Source of the DNA: Octopus bimaculoides
Taxonomy: Eukaryota
NCBI RefSeq assembly: GCF_001194135.2
Contig: NC_068993.1
Coordinates: forward strand, 10,260,795 to 10,301,603
Direction of reading: 5' to 3'
DNA length: 40,809 bases
The translations under genes were made by a program, and so were the position numbers. Under the pieces are notes generated by a model that was not told the DNA's origin, ran no database searches, and saw only the letters and a list, made by a program, of their open reading frames with translations. Shown here piece by piece: positions 11,466 through 22,601 of this stretch. The stretch's first letter is position 1. The number at the start of each line of letters is the position of its first letter.

Positions 11466-11835
11466 CTGAAAGAAAGAAAGAATTCAAACAGAAAATTGAT
11501 GAGTTTTAAATAGAAGCTTCCGAAAAATTCTTTACATTTTCAGATTTGAATTTTAACCTTTTTCATCCTATCCTGTCAGAGACCGTGTCTGATTTTCTAA
11601 AGTGTTCTAAATTAAAACCTTGCCTTAAAATTTCAAGTTTGGCTTTGTCTCAATTAATTTGGAAAATAATAAAGAATTTAGTGAAATAACTTTCTCGTTA
11701 TTAAAATGGTGTTTGGAACACAAATTAAAATGGAATTTGGGTGAAAGGCTTTAATTCATATCACTTTAAGACAGAGAATTTGTCTCACAGAACTGGTGAG
11801 GAGAAGCGATTTCATGCAGGCTGGTATTAAAAGGA

Positions 11836-12372
11836 TTAACCTTTTAGCATTTAAACCAGCCATATTCTACCTGTTTTGTGTTTACACCAGCCCCTCACAC
11901 CTACCCTACAATGTCATTCTAAAAATAAACAATCACATCATTGAAATTTCAAAGCTATGAGACAATGCATGATTAATTCAAAACAATATGAATCAATAAG
12001 CATTACATTTGACAGAATAACCTGTAAGCTAAAGGGTTAAACTGGACACATCTGGACTTTCACACTTACCCTACAATGTCATATTCTAAAGACAAGCAAT
12101 CGCATCATTGAAATCTCAAAGCTATGAAGTAATACATGATTAATTCAAAACAATGTGGATAAATAAACATTACATTTCACATAATAATCTTAATGCTAAA
12201 GGGTTAAACTGGACATGTCTGAACTCTCAGACATACCCTACAATGTTATTCTAAAAACAAAGAATCCCATCTTTGAAATCTCAAAGCTATGAAATAATAC
12301 ATGATTAATTCAAAACAACGTAGATAAATAAACATTTTATTTAACAGAATAATCTGTAAGCTAAAAGGTTAA
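11836..12372. mobile_element. TTAA-flanked (piggyBac-like) MITE, one complete unit plus two tandem partial units
   Basis: Starts TTAACCTTTTAGCATT; units end GCTAAA(G/A)GGTTAA at 12040, 12207 and 12372. Confidence 0.75.
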
Positions 12373-12408
12373 ATATTAAAAAAAAATTTAATTAATTCTA
12401 CAGCTTAC

Positions 12409-12642
12409 CTGTTGAGCTCGTTGGTCTGGTCATCTGGGCAGAATCTGTGAGAGTGACCACAGAAGTGTTACTGCCCTGTGGTATGATATTAATTGTTGGC
12501 AATGCTCCCTGAGCAGTCTGAATAACATTCACCGATGGACGGGATTTCCCATCAATCTGCAAAATTCCTTTGGTCGTTTGTACAGCTTTCCCAGTCAACT
12601 GAACTGGTTTACCACCAGACATTGGCTGCAGAATATTGCTAC
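12409..12642 (-). CDS. NFRKB: NFRKB tail exon: (G)SNILQPMSGGKPVQLTGK...RPTSST
   Basis: tttttgtag / gtaagc, 234 nt, phase 1-1. Confidence 0.86.
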
Positions 12643-13147
12643 CTACAAAAACAAAGTTAATAATTAACAACATGCTTTAATTAAAATGAAAATAAATCAA
12701 ATGTGGCTTTGTGGTCAGGGCATTCACCTTGCGATCATAAGGTTGTGAGTTTGATACCTGACAGAACATTGAGTCCTTGAACAAGACACTCAGCTGGCAA
12801 AAATGAGCAGGGCCTGATTTCAAAGGGCCAGTCTTGTCACATCCTGTGTCACGTTGAATTTCCTTGAGAACCATGTTAAAGGTATGTGTGTTTGTGGAGT
12901 GTAATGTGCCACTTGCACATTAATTCCACAAGCAGGCTGTTCCATTGATTGGACCAACTGAAACCCATGTCATTGTAACCAACAGTGTCAGTAAAAGAAA
13001 AAAAAGAGGGTTAAATGCCTTGCAGGGTTTAGTTCCATCCCTTTGCATTTGAAGCTCAAATCCTGCCATTGTTGACTTTTGCTATTAAAACCGTCATTGG
13101 TGGTAAAATGGTTTAAGGGTTGAATTATTCAACTAGTTCTGCTCTGT

Positions 13148-13394
13148 AGTAAAGATTGTTCGCTAACATAACACGGCAGTCCTGGTTTAGGATGAATGTT
13201 GCTGTAATTTAGCCCCAGGAGACATCGTCTCCAGCTGGCTGTATGACACGATCTGCTAGATTCCCTTGTTCAAAAATATAAGGACACAGATTGTATCATA
13301 TAGCCAGCTGGAGACGATGTCTCCTGGGGCTAAATTACAGCAACATTAGTCCTAAACCAGGACTGCCATGTTATGTTGGCAAACAATCTTTACT
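13148..13394. repeat. Foldback inverted repeat, ~108-bp arms, ~31-bp spacer
   Basis: 13148-13255 vs 13287-13394; a 41-nt core (AATGTTGCTGTAATTTAGCCCCAGGAGACATCGTCTCCAGC) pairs exactly. Confidence 0.9.
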
Positions 13395-14053
13395 CCAAAG
13401 TACTGTTGCTGAATATTTCATGTTGTGAGATTTAAATATAGTAATTTTCTAGTTCTGCTCTGTACAAATTTCTGGAATTGTGTTAATGTACAACAGCAAT
13501 AAAATTTGAAATAATAATTCTTTAAAAAAAGAAAAAAGTGACTATGACAGCTCCTACTATTATTAATCTCTATTTTTAATCAGTCCAACTTCTAATTTCT
13601 TTAATTATTCAGTGTCCCATATGACAACAGCCACCATAGGTTTAGCCTCAACTTTGACATGCTTGCATGGCTTGGGTGAAATTCATTGAGATTTTCCACA
13701 ACTGGATGCTCTTCCTGTTGCCAACCCTTACCAGTTTCCAAGCAAGCTAATATTTTTTCCTAGTCCAGACATGTTTTCACATAAGATTGTATATAAATGA
13801 CACTACTTGTATAACAGTGATGTTCATTTACAATTAGTAGTGTGTAATATCACAAGGAAACACAGACATACACACATGCAGGATTCTTTTCAGTATCCAT
13901 CTACCAGTTTCACTCACGATGCTTTAACTAGCTGAGGGCTACAGCAGAAAGAGACGTGCCCAAGGTGTTACACAGTAGGGCTGAACCTGAAACCACAAGT
14001 CTGAAGCAAACATCAGGTCCACACAGTGATGCAGATAATTATAATAATTCATA

Positions 14054-14400
14054 ATTACCTCTGCCTTAGCGAAAGCGAAAGTATTGTTTTCAGTTGTGTT
14101 TGTTTGTCTATCGACAAGAAATCTCAAGAACCGCTTGATGGAATCGGATGAAACTTTCAGAGATGTTTGGCCTCCTGACTGGCATGAACTGGTTAGATTT
14201 TGGGATCAATCCAGTACCGGACAAGGATTCTGGATGATTTGTTATATTTACTTTACATTGCAATCTTATGTTCACTTTCAAGTCTTTCTCAATTATCTCC
14301 CTATAGGTTGTTTCCAAAGTTTTCTTTTTGTTTCTCTATTATTAATTTTACTAGCGTCTCTATCTCAGTAGAAATTGATGGATAAAGAAATCAAACTACA
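14054..14400 (+). mobile_element. Possible non-autonomous Helentron/DINE-1-like element
   Basis: Starts TAATTACCTCTGCC..., then GTATTGTTTTC, GTTTGTTTGTCT and GGATGAAACTTTCAG, resembling remembered architecture of these elements; single copy in window. Confidence 0.3.
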
Positions 14401-14944
14401 TAAACAAATGGCAGCAAAACCGTTCAGAAATTAAATAACACTAACATATTTTTGTAATATATATATATTATATATTATACATACATATTAACACTTTACA
14501 GTATACTTACATATATACATACATCTGTACATTGATCTAAAACAACAGGAATACTAAAGGAAGGCCATAATTTAAGAGAAGAGAAAACCAAAAGGTCTCA
14601 TGTTATTCATTGAAAAATTCCTGAGTAGAACTTATTATTATTACCTCCACCTTTGAAACTATTTTGAATTGTGAATTTGTTAACTTTGGCTTGTAAAACA
14701 TAAAATAAAAATGTTGGATTTAGACCTGGATCTTTAATCCCACCATGCCAACCACCTTTGAATATTGACAAAGAGAGATGTCTACGTGCTTGTTAGACTA
14801 GTTAGGAATATTTGCCAAACACCTTTAAATGGCACCTATCTTTTTAAAAAGAAGGGTCACAATGGATAATGTTATCCAGGGTACACAATGCCTGAATAAA
14901 AAAAATAGATGCACAATTAGAGCTTAACTGGGCTTTCTGTATGC

Positions 14945-15295
14945 TTGTGTGTGTGTGTGTGTGTGTCTACATGTATGTATGGGTATGTGCCCATGCTAGC
15001 ATGGAAAGTGGATGTTAAACGATGATGAGGATGATGATGATGGTGATAATGTGTGTATGTCCTTGTGCATGTATCTGTACATTTGTGTGGGTGTCTGTGT
15101 GTATATGTGTTTGGCTGTGTGTACATGTGTGCTTGAGTATCTGTGCATGTGTGTGTGAAGTGCATGTGTATATGCTTATGTGCATAGAGGTGTGCATGTG
15201 TTCATGTTGTCAATGTAGATGTGTACATGTCTGTGTAGGTGTCCAAGTGTTTCTTTGCGAGTGAGCATATGCATGTGTGTGTATGTATGTTTGTA
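14945..15295. repeat. Degenerate (TG)n-rich low-complexity tract
   Basis: Direct read. Confidence 0.85.
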
Positions 15296-15331
15296 TAAAC
15301 AATAAAAACAAAACAACAGCAAGAACGTTAC

Positions 15332-16220
15332 CTTGAATTTTTATGGTTGTTGGACCCGCAGATCCAGAAGTATTTTTCTGCGCAGCTCCAGTCAATAAGT
15401 TGCCAACCGAAACCATTTGTGGACCGGAGACAAGTCTCGCAACCATGGGTGTGGCAGTAGTCGCAGTCGACACCGATGTTCGGTTAGCTGTACTGAGAAT
15501 GGTTTGTCCAGTCATCAGCGACTTACTACTATTCACACAAACAGTCGACGTCACGTGCTGTTGGTAAGGTAATAATTCCGGCTTGGATGTTATCACAACG
15601 GTAGCTTGGTGCAGTGAAGAGCCAGAAACTGCCCCGCCAGATTTGGTCACTATCTGACCAGGCAAAAGGTTCAGAGAGACCGGTTTGGCAGTGGCGGTCG
15701 ATGTCCGTACCTGGCTAGCAACGGCGGATGAGCCACTAGTTCCTGTGGCTTGAGAAGGCACGATGGCAAAAGTCAAAGGTTTCGACAAGGTCGACGCTGA
15801 CGCTGCTATGGTTCCTTGCACATGCGTTCCGGAAGCTTGCGTCTGTGCTTTCGTAATTTCAGAAATTGGTATGGTGGTCAGAGTGCCGCTATTACCAATA
15901 CTGGTCACCGAGTTGCTGCTACCAATGCTTGGCGCTTGAGCAAGACTAAGATTAATCGTTGCAGGTTTAGCTGCACTCAGATTAGATTTTGGGCTTCCTT
16001 GTAAAGTTCGCGTCGTACTTGTAGCTACACGTGCATTTTGTGTGGGTTTGGGTGCCCTTGAGACCACAAGGTTTGGCATCGTAGGGATAACAGGTTCTTC
16101 AGGGTGTGCTGTACTGTCGGAGCTAGATACTGTGATGGAAGGCGAGGACTTTGAATTCTGTGCAGTTGATGATGATACTGTTGTTATTGCTGTACTTGTA
16201 GGAACCATTTCTTTAGATTT
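15332..16220 (-). CDS. NFRKB: NFRKB large exon, S/T/A/V-rich low-complexity region: KSKEMVPTSTAITTV...PTTIKIQ
   Basis: Long pyrimidine tract-cag / gtaacg, 889 nt, phase 0-1; inside the 332-aa ORF 15210..16208. Confidence 0.9.
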
Positions 16221-16440
16221 CTGAAAAGAAGAAAAAAAAAAGGATAAGATTATATTTTCTATCTTGTTGTACCCCCAATCTCACATCTCTTCTTTTCTCT
16301 CTCTCTTTCTTTCTCTCACCTTCCAGGTGGGTAAGCTATGTATTCACCTCTTCAGCAAGACATCTGCTCCTCTCCCTCTATCATAGTTTCTTATTCCTCT
16401 AGTCTATATCTAGCTTAGTTGATGGGGTTTTATCTTGCAA

Positions 16441-16649
16441 GCACTTGGTGACCTCACCGGTGCTGGTGCCACATAAAAAGCACCCAGTACATTCTGTTAA
16501 GTAGTTGGCGTTAGGAAGGGCATCCAGCCATAGAAACCATGCCAAAGCAGATTGGAACTTGGTGCAGCTCTCCAGCTTACCAGTTTCAGTCAACTGTCTA
16601 ACCCATGCCAGCGTGGAAAGCAGACACTAAATGATGATGATGATGATGA
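16441..16649 (+). mobile_element. Family B retroposon copy (diverged)
   Basis: Same core and (GAT)n tail. Confidence 0.7.
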
Positions 16650-16780
16650 GTGAATATTGATCTCTGGTCGGATTAACTATGTTATTGACCCCACTACTGA
16701 GTATAAAATTCCCAAATTGGTGTTTATTATGTTCAATATCATTTTACAGTTAAATCAAAGTAAAAAAAAAAAAAACTTAC

Positions 16781-16854
16781 AGATTTGCTAGATTTCGGCT
16801 TTTGTAAAGATTTCTTGGCTTTGACAGCTGCTCCCTGAGCTTGGTGAATTTTTT
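16781..16854 (-). CDS. NFRKB: NFRKB exon: (E)KIHQAQGAAVKAKKSLQKPKSSKS
   Basis: atttcag / gtaagt, 74 nt, phase 1-0; resembles human ERIHQAQAAAAKARKALQQKPK. Confidence 0.93.
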
Positions 16855-16965
16855 CTGAAATTATGAAGAAAAAGAAATGAGAAGCACGAAGCATTTACAA
16901 GAGTAAAAATAATTTTCAATGATAGCAGAAAAAAATAAAACATTTAAAAAGAACAGAAATAAATT

Positions 16966-17125
16966 TATTTCTCAAACGCGTGATAATGCTATAAATAGCG
17001 TGATCAGGATAAATTATCCATTTATTGCAGAAAAATACGCTACTGACCAGCCATGAGACTCGAACTCACATCCCTGTGATTACGCGTCAAGTGCTTTGCC
17101 ATTAAGCTAAACTGCCCAGCAACGA
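16966..17125 (-). mobile_element. Repeat with a tRNA(Thr)-like head (SINE-like, not a functional tRNA)
   Basis: Minus strand 17120-17045 has A box TAGCTTAATGG, loop CGCGTAA and B box GTTCGAGTC, but a poor acceptor stem; the downstream part recurs at about 38196-38270. Confidence 0.55.
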
Positions 17126-17180
17126 ATTCTTCTGCAATTTTAGAACTTATAAATTTAGCTTCATAAGACGCTAACATTAA

Positions 17181-17245
17181 ATTCAACTTTACGATGAAAG
17201 TAAACAAACAAACTTTGTTTGTTTACTTTCATCGTAAAGTTGAAT
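17181..17245. repeat. Perfect palindrome, 32-bp arms, 1-nt centre
   Basis: ATTCAACTTTACGATGAAAGTAAACAAACAAA-C-TTTGTTTGTTTACTTTCATCGTAAAGTTGAAT, checked base by base. Confidence 0.95.
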
Positions 17246-17546
17246 AAAACATTTAAAATTTTACATGGAAAAGCACCCATGCCGGCGCTACAAACAAAAG
17301 CACCTTGTGCACTCTGTAAAATGGTTGGCATTAGGAAAGGCATCCAGCTGTAGAAACAGACGACTGGAACCTAGTGCAGCCCTCCGGCTTGCCAGCTCCT
17401 ATCAAACTGTCCAACCCATGCCAGCATGGAAAACAAACATTAAATGATTATGATGATGGTGGTGATGGTGATCATGATAGCATTAATAAATTGATGAAAA
17501 AATTTTACATAAAAAATACAACAAAAAAAAAAAACCCAGCAATTAC

Positions 17547-17670
17547 CAAATTCTTGTTCGGTCCGACTTCGATGTAAATAGATCCATAATTTCCTGTTCA
17601 CGTCGTACTTTACACACGGGTCTTTCTCATAATGTAATCGATCCAAAGCACCACTAACCACTGTGTTTAT
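17547..17670 (-). CDS. NFRKB: NFRKB exon: INTVVSGALDRLHYEKDPCVKYDVNRKLWIYLHRSRTEQEF
   Basis: gtttacag / gtaatt, 124 nt, phase 0-1; near-identical to the human motif. Confidence 0.97.
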
Positions 17671-18572
17671 CTGTAAACAAAACTAAACATGTCAACTTCC
17701 GGACCAGAAAAAGAACAATTTGCAAACAAATTCTTAACCAATAAATCAGTCAAACAATTTTGTTCTATTGTTATATTTCAGAATGATAATTTTGTTTTGC
17801 TTGCCAGATAAACACACACACTATATATTCATTCTTCATTGCATCTGTGTGTGTGTATGAGCTTGCCCACTACACTGTTGTATTCATGCCCCTTATATAG
17901 TTGTTACCATTATTGTCGTTGTTCTTAGTGGTACCAATACTTGGTATGTTGACTCTCCCCTCGCCTACATTTTCTCTTTTGTTGTTGGCTTTTTCCCTAC
18001 AAAATGGTGAATTATTATCCTAATTCTTTAGACTATAAGGTACAAGGGCTAAAATCTTGACTGGCAGGAACTAGATGATTATATTGACCTCAGTGATCAA
18101 GCAGTACTTATTTTGAACAACTCTGAAAGGATGAAAGCCAAAGTCAACCTCGCCAGCATTTGAACTCAGAATGTAAAGCCAGAAAAATACTACTAAGCTA
18201 ATGATTCTGCCAGCTTGCCTCCTTAAATAGTAGTAGTAGTAGTAGTAGTATGTTTTGTCTTGGTATAAAAGATGGCTACAGCAAATATTCTGCTCAATAC
18301 CACAGATTTACTTGTCAGTTGTTTGACCTTAACCAGTTGATTATGTCCCTTGGTGGCTGACGATATGTGCATCTCTGATCATGAGCAGAAGTAGTGGGGG
18401 AGCATCATAGTCATGTGTTGAGAGGAATTCTTTGGAGTTTGAATGATTCACCTCTGGAAACATGGATGTTTCGTTCAACATTGAAAATGTAAAGATCTTG
18501 AAGACATACTATAAATCATTTTTTCCAAGACTCTAATGATTCTGCTAGCTTGCTGTATTAAGATGTGCTTAC

Positions 18573-18611
18573 CTGTGCATCTGTAATGCCTGGCGCTAAG
18601 AATTGCGAATC
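18573..18611 (-). CDS. NFRKB: NFRKB exon, 3' part only (5' part in gap): DSQFLAPGITDAQ
   Basis: 13 codons abutting the N gap, followed by a gtaagc donor in phase 0; resembles human DSQFLAPDVTSTQ. Confidence 0.9.
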
Positions 18612-19250
18612 NNNNNNNNNNNNNNNNNNNNNNNNNNNNNNNNNNNNNNNNNNNNNNNNNNNNNNNNNNNNNNNNNNNNNNNNNNNNNNNNNNNNNNNNN
18701 NNNNNNNNNNNNNNNNNNNNNNNNNNNNNNNNNNNNNNNNNNNNNNNNNNNNNNNNNNNNNNNNNNNNNNNNNNNNNNNNNNNNNNNNNNNNNNNNNNNN
18801 NNNNNNNNNNNNNNNNNNNNNNNNNNNNNNNNNNNNNNNNNNNNNNNNNNNNNNNNNNNNNNNNNNNNNNNNNNNNNNNNNNNNNNNNNNNNNNNNNNNN
18901 NNNNNNNNNNNNNNNNNNNNNNNNNNNNNNNNNNNNNNNNNNNNNNNNNNNNNNNNNNNNNNNNNNNNNNNNNNNNNNNNNNNNNNNNNNNNNNNNNNNN
19001 NNNNNNNNNNNNNNNNNNNNNNNNNNNNNNNNNNNNNNNNNNNNNNNNNNNNNNNNNNNNNNNNNNNNNNNNNNNNNNNNNNNNNNNNNNNNNNNNNNNN
19101 NNNNNNNNNNNNNNNNNNNNNNNNNNNNNNNNNNNNNNNNNNNNNNNNNNNNNNNNNNNNNNNNNNNNNNNNNNNNNNNNNNNNNNNNNNNNNNNNNNNN
19201 NNNNNNNNNNNNNNNNNNNNNNNNNNNNNNNNNNNNNNNNNNNNNNNNNT
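18612..19250. other. Assembly gap (N) truncating an NFRKB exon
   Basis: Run of N abutting coding sequence. Confidence 1.
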
Positions 19251-19416
19251 ACACTCTCTGAGTGGTTGGCGTTAGGAAGGGCATCCAGCTGTAGAAACTC
19301 TGCCAAATTTAGATTGGAGCCTGGTGTTGCCATCTGGTTTCACCAGTCCTCAGTCAAATCGTCCAACCCATGCTAGCATGGAAAGCGGACGTTAAACGAT
19401 GATGATGATGATGATA
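19251..19416 (+). mobile_element. Family B retroposon, young copy abutting the gap
   Basis: Near-identical to the 20571 and 24597 copies. Confidence 0.78.
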
Positions 19417-20341
19417 TATATATATATATATATATATATACGACAGGCTTCTTTCAGTTACCATCTACTAAATCCAATCACAAGGCACTTGCCCAAGGTG
19501 TGTGTGTGTGTGTGTGTGAGTGACTGTGCCTCTTTATTTTGACATCACGTGATAGTTGTTATATTTTTTTTATTTCTAGTAACGATGTACAGTATTAGGA
19601 CAAATCATATAACAATTTATCATTTTCGCTCAGATTAATCTTTCAAATATATAAGTAAATAGCAAACAGGTTATAATGTAGGAAAAGATTAATATAATCA
19701 TGGAAACGAAACCAAATCAGACTGGAACCTAGTGCAGCTCCCTGGTTTGCCAGGTCTGTTCAAACCATCCGACCCATTCCAGCATGGAAAACAGATGTTA
19801 AATGACGATGATGATGATGACAATGATATATATATATGATGGACTTCCACAGTTTTCATCTAACAAATCCACTCACAAGGTTTGGTTAGCTTGGGGCTAT
19901 AGTAGAAGACACTTGTCCAAGGGGCTGGGCAATGGGACTGAACCCAAAATCACATGGTTGGGAAGCAAGCTTCTTAAGCACACAGCTGCAGCCATACCTA
20001 CAATGAAGCTATCATCATCATCACAATCATTTAATATCCGTTTTCTATGCTGGCATGGGTTGGATGGTTTGAGAAGAAGTGGCAAACCAGAGAGTTGCAC
20101 CAGGTTCTATTTTCCGCTTTGGTATGGTTTCTACAGCTGAATACTCTTCCTGATGCCAACATTGTGTACTGGGAACATTTTATGCGGTACCGACACCAGC
20201 AGGGTTGCCAACTTGTAAGACAAAGACGTCTCAGCTGGGAGAGGGAGTGGAACTATGGGAAGTAACTTTTGAAACAAGCTATATATTTGTTGAGACGAGA
20301 GCTCTATCCTAGGTAACAGAGAGTGACAGCAATCTACTTAC

Positions 20342-20516
20342 CTAGCGTTAGAATAGTGACATAAGACGGCCGATCTGACACCAGTAGAGCATGTTCCCTT
20401 GCTTTATTCATTGTGTTATCTTTACTGTACACTCCTTTCACCGGGCCAACCACCGAATCATAGCCATGCATGTGATATGTGAAGCCAAGATGGGGACATT
20501 CAAACCGTTTTCTTTC
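20342..20516 (-). CDS. NFRKB: NFRKB exon: ERKRFECPHLGFTYHMHGYDSVVGPVKGVYSKDNTMNKAREHALLVSDRPSYVTILTL
   Basis: acttccag / gtaagt, 175 nt, phase 0-1; very close to the human sequence. Confidence 0.96.
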
Positions 20517-20570
20517 CTGGAAGTACGAACAAAAAAAGACAAAAAATTAACAATAAGCAAGACAAAAAAA

Positions 20571-20708
20571 TTAGGAAGGGCATCCAGCTGTAGAAACTCT
20601 GCCAAATCAGATTGGAGCCTGGTGTAGCCATCTGGTTCACCAGTCCTCAGTCAAATCGTCCAACCCATGCTAGCATGGAAAGCGGACGTTAAACGATGAT
20701 GATGATGA
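20571..20708 (+). mobile_element. Family B retroposon, young 5'-truncated copy
   Basis: About 4 differences over ~130 nt from the reverse complement of the 27315 copy. Confidence 0.78.
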
Positions 20709-21737
20709 GTATGTGCAATAGAGTGGTGGTGATGGGAGGGGGGGGCACTCAGCAAGTTAAAAATCTTTGATGTAGGTTCAACTCCTGGTTGAATCACTTC
20801 ACTCCACTTACTACACGAACCTGCAATTTGTCACCAACAAGGAGAAAAAAGTGGGGAGGGAGAGAGAAAGATACACATAGACAGAAAGAGGGATTAGATA
20901 AAGACAGAAATCCTCATCATTTAACATCCACTTTCCATGCTGGCATGGGTTAGACAGTTTGACAGAAACAGACAAGTCAGAAGACTACACCAAGCTCTAC
21001 TGTTTGTTTTGGCATCGTTTCTGCAGCTGGGTGCCCTTTCTAATGCCAACCACTTTACAGAATGTCGTGAGTGCTAAAGAACTTGGATTTATATTTTTAT
21101 CACATTATAAACTAAACAAATACCAGAGAAGTGCTCAGTGGTAAAGAGTCATAAAGCATGCTGAATATATTGGTTTGTGAAATCATTTATGCTCCAACAA
21201 CACAGCAATTAATTAACTTGGAGAGTGGGTACCTGGCTCTTTTCTAGGGACGATAATTGTAATAAATTAAGATCAAAGACCAGATGTAAAATTACACTTT
21301 TTTATGACTGTCATACTTGCTGTCCTTCAATCCTATCATACGAACACCAACCATGCCCTCCACCTCTTCAACTTCTTTCCTCTCTCTCTTCAGGATTCTA
21401 CAAATGTAATATCCTTGTATGCTGTCTTCATACTCAAATCTGCTGTTCTCACTCTATGCACTCATCCTCCCTTCCCTATTTACTTTGGCCCCCTACCCCA
21501 CTCCCCACAACTCAGCTACTTCAATACATCTTCTTTAGTGACTTCTGCCTAACAATCCCCATTACTTCTATCTTTCCCAGAGTTTTCACTCCTCTCCTTC
21601 AAGAGGGATGAAAGTTTAGTGTGACATTCTAGTCAATATTTCACACACCCGAGCCAGCAAGAGACCAAGAATAAATGTACAGAATGTAGACAAGTTGTCT
21701 GAGAGACAAGGCAACAATTAAATAAGCTTAAATATAC

Positions 21738-21798
21738 CTGTTCTTTGAAGCTGCTTTTTTCTTCTTCCGTCGTGGGTTTCACAACGTAATTAGTTTTC
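21738..21798 (-). CDS. NFRKB: NFRKB exon: KTNYVVKPTTEEEKSSFKEQ
   Basis: tgttgtag / gtatat, 61 nt, phase 2-0; resembles human RTDYVVRPSTGEEKRVFQEQ. Confidence 0.92.
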
Positions 21799-22353
21799 CT
21801 ACAACACAGAAAGGAAAAGACATTTTCTCAACAGCAAAAAAAAAGGGGGGGGGTTACAACTTAGTAAATGGTGGATATTTTTAGACTTTTTCTTTTATAT
21901 TTTTTTCATGTCAATAGGGGAGTGATTAAACTGACCAATTTAATTACATTAAGGAATTAGTACAGTAATTCTTTTTTTAATGCCAACACCACAACCATTA
22001 ACTGGAAATGCTATCTATTCTCAATAGAGCTGCATACAATGAGCAGGGCAATATATTTTTTACCTATTACTTGTTTCAGTCATTGGACTGCAGCCATGCT
22101 GGAGCACTGCCTTGGAGAGTTTAGTTGAACAAATTGACCCGAGTATTGATTTTTAAGCCCGATGGTTTCTTTTGCCAAACCACTGATAAACTAATGACTG
22201 TTATTAATAAATTAACTGACAAATTGGCCGTTGTTTATAAACTAATAAACAAATTACTGTTATAAGTAGCAACAAAGCAAACTGAAAAAAAATAAATAAA
22301 TAAAAAACAACAACTCTAAAACAGAAATAAAGTAAAGCTACATCAATACTTAC

Positions 22354-22543
22354 ACTCTGGGAGGAGGGGTTGTTCCTTGATTATTTTCGGGGTTTTCATT
22401 TAATTTTCCGTCTTTCTTCTGCAACCAAAACTTACACAACTGACCAAGCTCATCATCAGCGTCTCGACCATTGCCGATCCACCGCCATTGCTGAGCTCTT
22501 TCTTTATAGTCAATCAATGGAATAAAATTATCAATTTGGAAGC
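22354..22543 (-). CDS. NFRKB: NFRKB exon: (G)FQIDNFIPLIDYKERAQQWRWIGNGRDADDELGQLCKFWLQKK...TTPPPR(V)
   Basis: atttcag / gtaagt, 190 nt, phase 1-2; resembles human FSPFVEFKEKTQQWKLLG...LWL...TPVPRV. Confidence 0.93.
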
Positions 22544-22601
22544 CTGAAATTAATACAGGATGCACTCTATACAATTTATTACAGATTTTGCAATCATTTT
22601 C

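Noticed and set aside
11836-12372. Regularly spaced repeats as a CRISPR-like array
   Set aside because: Eukaryotic intron; units are about 165-bp homologous MITE pieces with no unique spacers and no cas genes.
15210-16208. S/T-rich ORF as a separate mucin-like or EMSY/HCF-like gene
   Set aside because: It splices in frame to unambiguous NFRKB exons upstream, and human NFRKB has a similar low-complexity C-terminal half.
17045-17120. Possible tRNA-Thr gene
   Set aside because: A and B boxes are present but the acceptor and anticodon stems pair poorly, and it is attached to a dispersed repeat; treated as a SINE head.
21300-21610. Purine/pyrimidine-skewed segment with plus-strand ORFs of 82 and 128 aa
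   Set aside because: No splice-compatible link to NFRKB and no recognisable domain; probably a heavily decayed LINE remnant. The same applies to about 380-760.
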